Shown here: piece after piece, positions 57,301-64,000 of the stretch
How the letters are laid out: each line of letters begins with the position of its first letter
Position numbering within the stretch: the stretch's first letter is position 1
NCBI GenBank assembly: GCA_032718475.1
Contig: JAUCBJ010006818.1
Span: 46,453-110,452, forward strand
Direction: 5' to 3'
Length of the DNA stretch: 64,000 nucleotides
Origin: Nemertoderma westbladi
Lineage: Eukaryota; Animalia; Xenacoelomorpha
The notes under the pieces: generated by a model
What the model was told of the DNA's origin: nothing
The model's input: the letters and a program-made list of their open reading frames with translations, nothing else
Databases searched by the model: none
Program-made: the position numbers and the translations under genes

Positions 57301-60300
57301 GGTCCAGTAACTACTAACCGAGTTGAATTCCTTGGAGTTAGTCCAGGTCCAGTAACTACTAACCGAGTTGAATTACTTGACGGAGTTAGTCCAGGTCCAG
57401 TAACTACTAACCGTGTTGAATACCTTGGTGGAGTTAGTCCAGGTCCAGTAACTACTAACCGAGTTGAATTACTTGACGGAGTTAGTCCAGGTCCAGTAAC
57501 TACTAACCGTGTTGAATACCTTGGTGGAGTTAGTCCAGGTCCAGTAACTACTAACCGAGTTGAATTCCTTGGAGTTAGTCCAGGTCCAGTAACTACTAAC
57601 CGAGTTGAATTACTTGACGGAGTTAGTCCAGGTCCAGTAACTACTAACCGAGTTGAATTCCTTGGAGTTAGTCCAGGTCCAGTAACTACTAACCGAGTTG
57701 AATTACTTGACGGAGTTAGTCCAGGTCCAGTAACTACTAACCGTGTTGAATTCCTTGATGGAGTTAGTCCAGGTCCAGTAACTACTAACCGTGTTGAATA
57801 CCTTGGTGGAGTTCGTCCAGGTCCAGTAACTACTAACCGTGTTGAATTCCTTGATGGAGTTAGTCCAGGTCCAGTAACTACTAACCGAGTTGAATTCCTT
57901 GATGGAGTTAGTCCAGGTCCAGTAACTACTAACCGTGTTGAATTCCTTGGAGTTAGTCCAGGTCCAGTAACTACTAACCGAGTTGAATTCCTTGATGGAG
58001 TTAGTCCAGGTCCAGTAACTACTAACCGAGTTGAATTCCTTGATGGAGTTAGTCCAGGTCCAGTAACTACTAACCGTGTTGAATTCCTTGGAGTTAGTCC
58101 AGGTCCAGTAACTACTAACCGAGTTGAATTCCTTGATGGAGTTAGTCCAGGTCCAGTAACTACTAACCGTGTTGAATTCCTTGGAGTTAGTCCAGGTCCA
58201 GTAACTACTAACCGTGTTGAATTCCTTGGTGGAGTTAGTCCAGGTCCAGTAACTACTAACGTGTTGAATTCCTTGGAGTTAGTCCAGGTCCAGTAACTAC
58301 TAACCGTGTTGAATTCCTTGGTGGAGTTAGTCCAGGTCCAGTAACTACTAACCGAGTTGAATTCCTTGGTGGAGTTCGTCCACGTCCAGTAACTACTAAC
58401 CGTGTTGAATTCCTTGGAGTTAGTCCAGGTCCAGTAACTACTAACCGTGTTGAATTCCTTGGTGGAGTTAGTCCAGGTCCAGTAACTACTAACCGAGTTG
58501 AATTCCTTGATGGAGTTAGTCCAGGTCCAGTAACTACTAACCGAGTAGAATTCCTTGGAGTTAGTCCAGGTCCAGTAACTACTAACCGAGTTGAATTCCT
58601 TGATGGAGTTAGTCCAGGTCCAGTAACTACTAACCGTGTTGAATTCCTTGGAGTTAGTCCAGGTCCAGTAACTACTAACCGAGTTGAATTCCTTGATGGA
58701 GTTAGTCCAGGTCCAGTAACTACTAACCGAGTTGAATTCCTTGGAGTTAGTCCAGGTCCAGTAACTACTAACCGTGTTGAATTCCTTGATGGAGTTAGTC
58801 CAGGTCCAGTAACTACTAACCGTGTTGAATTCCTTGGAGTTAGTCCAGGTCCAGTAACTACTAACCGAGTTGAATTCCTTGATGGAGTTAGTCCAGGTCC
58901 AGTAACTACTAACCGAGTTGAATTCCTTGGAGTTAGTCCAGGTCCAGTAACTACTAACCGTGTTGAATTCCTTGATGGAGTTAGTCCAGGTCCAGTAACT
59001 ACTAACCGAGTTGAATTCCTTGGAGTTAGTCCAGGTCCAGTAACTACTAACCGAGTTGAATTCCTTGGAGTTAGTCCAGGTCCAGTAACTACTAACCGTG
59101 TTGAATTCCTTGGAGTTAGTCCAGGTCCAGTAACTACTAACCGTGTTGAATTCCTTGATGGAGTTAGTCCAGGTCCAGTAACTACTAACCGAGTTGAATT
59201 CCTTGGAGTTAGTCCAGGTCCAGTAACTACTAACCGTGTTGAATTCCTTGATGGAGTTAGTCCAGGTCCAGTAACTACTAACCGAGTTGAATTCCTTGGA
59301 GTTAGTCCAGGTCCAGTAACTACTAACCGAGTTGAATTCCTTGGAGTTAGTCCAGGTCCAGTAACTACTAACCGTGTTGAATTCCTTGATGGAGTTAGTC
59401 CAGGTCCAGTAACTACTAACCGAGTTGAATTCCTTGGAGTTAGTCCAGGTCCAGTAACTACTAACCGAGTTGAATTCCTTGGAGTTAGTCCAGGTCCAGT
59501 AACTACTAACCGTGTTGAATTCCTTGATGGAGTTAGTCCAGGTCCAGTAACTACTAACCGAGTTGAATTCCTTGGAGTTAGTCCAGGTCCAGTAACTACT
59601 AACCGAGTTGAATTCCTTGATGGAGTTAGTCCAGGTCCAGCCAGTAACTACTAACCGTGTTGAATTCCTTGGAGTTAGTCCAGGTCCAGTAACTACTAAC
59701 CGAGTTGAATTCCTTGGTGGAGTTCGTCCAGGTCCAGTAACTACTAACCGAGTTGAATTCCTTGGAGTTAGTCCAGGTCCAGTAACTACTAACCGTGTTG
59801 AATTCCTTGGAGTTAGTCCAGGTCCAGTAACTACTAACCGTGTTGAATTCCTTGATGGAGTTAGTCCAGGTCCAGTAACTACTAACCGAGTTGAATTCCT
59901 TGGAGTTAGTCCAGGTCCAGTAACTACTAACCGTGTTGAATACCTTGATGGAGTTAGTCCAGGTCCAGTAACTACTAACCGAGTAGAATTCCTTGGAGTT
60001 AGTCCAGGTTCAGTAACTACTAACCGAGTTGAATTCCTTGGAGTTAGTCCAGGTCCAGTAACTACCAACCGTGTTGAATTCCTTGATGGAGTTAGTCCAG
60101 GTCCAGTAACTACTAACCGTATTAAATTCATTGATGGCGTTAGTCCAGGTTTAGTAACTACTGACGTGTTGAATTCCTTGGAGTTAGTCCAGGTCCAGTA
60201 ACTACTAATCGAGTTGAATTCCTTGGAGTTAGTCCAGGTCCAGTAACTACTAACCGAGTTGAATTCCTTGATGGAGTTAGTCCAGGTCCAGTAACTACCA

Positions 60301-61262
60301 ACCGTGTTGAATTCCTTGGAGTTAGTCCAGGTCCAGTAACTACTAACCGAGTTGAATTCCTTGATGGAGTTAGTCCAGGTCCAGTAACTACTAACCGTGT
60401 TGAATTCATTGATGGAGTTAGTCCAGGTCCAGTAACTACTAACGTGTTGAATTCCTTGGAGTTAGTCCAGGTCCAGTAACTACTAACCGAGTTGAATTCC
60501 TTGATGGAGTTAGTCCAGGTCCAGTAACTACTAACCGAGTTGAATTCCTTGATGGAGTTAGTCCAGGTCCAGTAACTACTAACCGAGTTGAATTCCTTGA
60601 TGGAGTTAGTCCAGGTCCAGTAACTACTAACCGAGTAGAATTCCTTGGAGTTAGTCCAGGTTCAGTAACTACTAACCGAGTTGAATTCCTTGGAGTTAGT
60701 CCAGGTCCAGTAACTACCAACTGTGTTGAATTCCTTGATGGAGTTAGTCCAGGTCCAGTAACTACTAACCGTATTAAATTCATTGATGGCGTTAGTCCAG
60801 GTTCAGTAACTACTAACCGTGTTGAATTCCTTGGAGTTAGTCCAGGTCCAGTAACTACTAACCGAGTTGAATTCCTTGATGGAGTTAGTCCAGGTCCAGT
60901 AACTACTAACCGAGTTGAATTCCTTGATGGAGTTAGTCCAGGTCCAGTAACTACTAACCGAGTAGAATTCCTTGGAGTTAGTCCAGGTCCAGTAACTACT
61001 AACCGTGTTGAATTCCTTGATGGAGTTAGTCCAGGTCCAGTAACTACCAACCGTGTTGAATTCCTTGGAGTTAGTCCAGGTCCAGTAACTACTAACCGGG
61101 TTGAATTCCTTGATGGAGTTAGTCCAGGTCCAGTAACTACCAACCGTGTTGAATTCCTTGGAGTTAGTCCAGGTCCAGTAACTACTAACCGAGTTGAATT
61201 CCTTGATGGAATTAGTCCAGGTCCAGTAACTACTAACCGTGTTGAATTCATTGATGGCGTTA
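51357..61262. repeat. 48/45-bp tandem array, middle segment between the two LINE copies
   Basis: Same unit and same orientation as the distal segment. Confidence 0.99.
61251..61262. repeat. Target-site duplication of LINE copy 1 (partner at 62331-62342)
   Basis: TTGATGGCGTTA occurs on both sides. It carries the rare GGCG variant of the unit (normally GGAG), so it is not a trivial array match. Confidence 0.92.
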
Positions 61263-62330
61263 CTACTACTAGGATCGGCATGCTGCATTGCAGCTGCATT
61301 TTTAAGAATGCTGTGCCGGCTTGTCAACAAAATTGCACCGCCACAACTCCCTATCACCCATGACATTTGCTAGATCATCCGCATCTTTAAGGCCAGTGTC
61401 CTTTAAGATGCGTCTCAAGAAAGTCATGGGCTGTCCACCATGCTTATTCACTCCATGAGGCTGCCAAAGTACAAGATTATGCACTGGCTGGTCCTCACGG
61501 CTAAAGCAATGTCCTGCAAAGCGGAGGCGATTTTGTTCTAGTGTCAAGCTTGGGGGAACCAATGAGACACCTCCAATGTTATATAGTGTCTGGTTGGAGA
61601 TGTGTGCATTGTACTTGACACAATGAACCCGGCGTAGCATTCTTGTGAATGTGCCATCCAGAGATTTGGTGTCCTCAGCAGTTAGAGCCCAGCATGGACT
61701 CCCGTAGAGGAGTACTGGAACTACTGCTGCTCTAAATAATCGGACCTTAAGTTTCCGATTAATTCTCGGTGACTTCCAAATCCTGGAAAGCCTATTCAAG
61801 GCTGCCCATGCCTTTCCCTTACGTATTCGAAGGTCCTCACCTGACTTCCGGATCCATGATCCCAGGTAACAGAAGTCGTCCACATGCTCAAGCATACCAT
61901 CCTTTGAGCTTATGCTCATCCGATCAGAGACTTGCTGAGCACTTTCAAAGTTAACTGTCAGAATTTTGGTCTTTCTGGAGTTAATAAAAAGACCAACACT
62001 AGAAGCAGCATGTTCTAATGAGCTGAGGAGCCGTTGGGCTCCCTCTAATGATTCTGAGAGTACTCCTAAGTCATCAGCAAAGTCTAGATCAGTTAGGTAC
62101 TTGGCAGGATTTCCTCGACTTCTGGAGCCAGTAGGTGGAGTTATCATCACCCCATCATCATTATAATGATCTAAGGACATGCGTAGAACATAGTCAACCA
62201 CAATAATGAACAAGAATGGTGCAAGTGTGTCTCCTTGGAGGACGCCCTATAACACTTCAAATGGTTCTGTGACACCATCAACAGTAGACACAAATGTTGT
62301 CGAACCATCGTATACTGATCTGATCTGATC
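61263..62330 (-). mobile_element. 5'-truncated non-LTR retrotransposon (RTE-clade-like LINE), copy 1, 1068 bp
   Basis: RT motifs GVLQGDTLAPFLFIIVVDY, DLDFADD and FCYLGSWI, then C-terminal LLYGS and RLRFAGHC. It has a very short 3' UTR ending in (TAG)3 and a 12-bp TSD, TTGATGGCGTTA (61251-61262 and 62331-62342). The clade call is from motif recognition and tail type only. Confidence 0.93.
61302..62324 (-). pseudogene. Truncated reverse transcriptase ORF of LINE copy 1 (3' part of RT plus C-terminal domain)
   Basis: The frame of ORF 61302-62213 continues upstream as IRSVYDGSTTFVSTVDGVTEPFEVL*GVLQGDTLAPF, with a single in-frame TAG at 62249-62247. There is no endonuclease domain or N-terminal RT. 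Confidence 0.88.
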
Positions 62331-63628
62331 TTGATGGCGTTAGTCCAGGTTCAGTAACTACTATCGTGTTGAATTCCTTGGAGTTAGTCCAGGTCCAGTA
62401 ACTACTAATCGAGTTGAATTCGTTGGAGTTAGTCCAGGTCCAGTAACTACTAACCGAGTTGAATTCCTTGATGGAGTTAGTCCAGGACCAGTAACTACTA
62501 ACCGAGTTGAATTCCTTGATGGAGTTAGTCCAGGTCCAGTAACTACTAACCGAGTGGAATTCATTGATGGAGTTAGTCCAGGTCCAGTAACTACTAACCG
62601 AGTTGAATTCCTTGATGGAGTTAGTCCAGGTCCAGTAACTACTAACCGAGTGGAATTCCTTGATGGAGTTAGTCCAGGTCCAGTAACTACTAACCGAATT
62701 GAATTCCTTGGAGTTAGTCCAGGTCCAGTAACTACTAACCGTGTTGAATTCCTTGATGGAGTTAGTCCAGGTCCAGTAACTACTAACCGTGTTGAATTCC
62801 TTGATGGAGTTAGTCCAGGTCCAGTAACTACTAACCGAGTTGAATTCCTTGGAGTTAGTCCAGGTCCAGTAACTACTAACCGTGTTGAATTCCTTGATGG
62901 AGTTAGTCCAGGTCCAGTAACTACTAACCGTGTTGAATTCCTTGATGGAGTTAGTCCAGGTCCAGTAACTACTAACCGAGTTGAATTCCTTGGAGTTAGT
63001 CCAGGTCCAGTAACTACTAACCGAGTTGAATTCCTTGGAGTTAGTCCAGGTCCAGTAACTACTAACCGTGTTGAATTCCTTGATGGAGTTAGTCCAGGTC
63101 CAGTAACTACTAACCGAGTTGAATTCCTTGATGGAGTTAGTCCAAGTCCAGTAACTACTAACCGTGTTGAATTCCTTGGAGTTAGTCCAGGTCCAGTAAC
63201 TGCTAACCGTGTTGAATTCCTTGATGGAGTTAGTCCAGGTCCAGTAACTACTAACCGTGTTGAATTCCTTGATGGAGTTAGTCCAGGTCCAGTAACTACT
63301 AACCGTGTTGAATTCCTTGATGGAGTTAGTCCAGGTCCAGTAACTACTAACCGTGTTGAATTCCTTGGAGTTAGTCCAGGTCCAGTAACTACTAACCGTG
63401 TTGAATTCCTTGATGGAGTTAGTCCAGGTCCAGTAACTACTAACCGTGTTGAATTCCTTGATGGAGTTAGTCCAGGTCCAGTAACTACTAACCGTGTTGA
63501 ATTCCTTGATGCAGTTAGTCCAGGTCCAGTAACTACTAACCGTGTTGAATTCCTTGATGGAGTTAGTCCAGGTCCAGTAACTACTAACCGTGTTGAATTC
63601 CTTGATGGAGTTAGTCCAGGTCCAGTAA
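62331..63628. repeat. 48/45-bp tandem array, exon-proximal segment (about 27-28 units); the last unit overlaps the 3' 39-40 nt of the exon
   Basis: Periodicity ends at ...ggtccagtaa|tgagctttg (63628), inside the His-Tyr codons of KAHYWTW. Confidence 0.98.
63583..63591 (-). promoter_or_regulatory. First (presumed native) 5' splice donor of the GALNS exon, ACG|GTTAGT
   Basis: GT is at 63588-63587, immediately after codon T of KEFNT. Homology to GALNS stops here, and the position matches the recalled human exon end after WENFRQ. Confidence 0.8.
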
Positions 63629-63831
63629 TGAGCTTTGTATATTCCAACACGAACAGCCATCAACTCGTTGCCACGGTAATAGAATATAGGTCGGTTATTA
63701 TCAGTGTTTCCGTGTAGGAGTAGCGGTAGAAGGGATTGTCCGTCGATCTGTCTGTCGGTCGGTTTCGGTACCTTACCGATATCCAGAACCGTGGTGAACA
63801 GATCCATCACAGTCGACGGCTGATGGGTCAC
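63589..63831 (-). CDS. GALNS: Internal coding exon (243 bp, 81 codons, phase 0/0) of an N-acetylgalactosamine-6-sulfatase (GALNS) orthologue
   Basis: It translates to VTHQPSTVMDLFTTVLDIGKVPKPTDRQIDGQSLLPLLLHGNTDNNRPIFYYRGNELMAVRVGIYKAHYWTWTNSIKEFNT. This aligns by eye to the human GALNS segment as I recall it (VSHQLGSIMDLFTT...IDG.NLLP.LL...RPIFYYRGDTLMA...KAHFWTWTNSWENFRQ). The exon is flanked by an acceptor (TTTCTAACAACAG|GTG) and a donor (ACG|GTTAGT). The start M in the ORF track is really GTG (Val) after the AG. Confidence 0.92.
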
Positions 63832-63860
63832 CTGTTGTTAGAAACCAATGACAAAAACAT
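63832..63860 (-). promoter_or_regulatory. 3' splice acceptor and pyrimidine-rich tract of the upstream GALNS intron
   Basis: The minus strand reads ATGTTTTTGTCATTGGTTTCTAACAACAG|GTGACC, with AG at 63833-63832. AT-rich non-coding sequence continues to 64000. Confidence 0.85.
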
Positions 63861-64000
63861 TTAATGGATATCAGGAATACACTAATTATAAATTATTATT
63901 AATTTTTGATTCCTATATCATGAACAATTATTATTACAGAAATGAATCTAATTTATAAACAATTTTGTCAGCTTTTTTTTAATGTTTTTTCAGATGGTCC

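Larger units (their letters stand above)
1..63588 (-). other. Giant GALNS intron (>63.5 kb, open at the window edge) filled by the junction-derived array
   Basis: It starts at GTTAGT after the exon. No downstream GALNS exon (expected to begin approximately G[IV]DFCPG) is present in the window. Confidence 0.7.

Noticed and set aside
3550-60201. Long repetitive ORFs (VEFLDGVSPGPVTTNR on +; LVVTGPGLTPSRNSTR on -) as structural or antifreeze-like proteins
   Set aside because: They follow automatically from 3n units lacking stops in several frames. Starts and ends are sporadic point variants, and the only frame with homology is the GALNS one.
61769-62166. Short + strand ORFs (61 and 66 aa) and the LINE-array chimeric ORFs (50504-50921, 60439-61366)
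   Set aside because: These are antisense or off-frame shadows of the RT sequence running into the repeat.
50824-62330. The two LINE pieces as LTRs or ends of one 11.5-kb composite element, or as a segmental duplicate
   Set aside because: Each has its own TSD and truncation point, the differences are mostly synonymous, and there are no TG...CA termini. The similarity of their spacing (10,445) to the 10,426 block spacing elsewhere looks coincidental.
1-63628. CRISPR-like array (constant part plus variable part)
   Set aside because: There are no unique spacers; the variable segment takes only a few recurring allelic states. No cas genes are present and the context is spliceosomal/LINE.
1-63628. 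Pure assembly artefact, or telomere/retron-type repeat
   Set aside because: Structured variant domains, shared indels and clean TSD-flanked insertions argue for real sequence, although exact copy number needs read support. The unit is explained by the exon junction.
62278-63831. 517-aa ORF as a complete gene
   Set aside because: It is an internal exon read through its donor into the array and the LINE. The start is a GTG following a splice acceptor, and the catalytic N-terminal sulfatase region is absent.
63971-64000. T-rich tract plus CAG resembling a + strand splice acceptor
   Set aside because: Only 7 nt follow within the window, and such motifs are common in AT-rich introns.

Overview
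Eukaryotic (most likely invertebrate animal) genomic DNA. About 97% of the window is one head-to-tail 48/45-bp tandem array of roughly 1,300 units (estimated from length). It runs off the left edge. On the minus strand each unit is an exact copy of an exon-intron junction: the last 13 codons (YWTWTNSIKEFNT) of a 243-bp exon of an N-acetylgalactosamine-6-sulfatase (GALNS) orthologue (63589-63831), plus the first 9 nt of the following intron, including its 5' splice donor (ACG|GTTAGTAGT). The result is a >63-kb intron made almost entirely of potential splice donors, in frame with the exon near its proximal end. The array is interrupted by two 5'-truncated copies of one young RTE-like LINE. Each copy has its own TSD, a (TAG)n tail matching the target and a 5'-junction micro-duplication. 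Unit variants form regional domains and higher-order duplications. The long repetitive ORFs in the track are by-products of a unit length divisible by 3.
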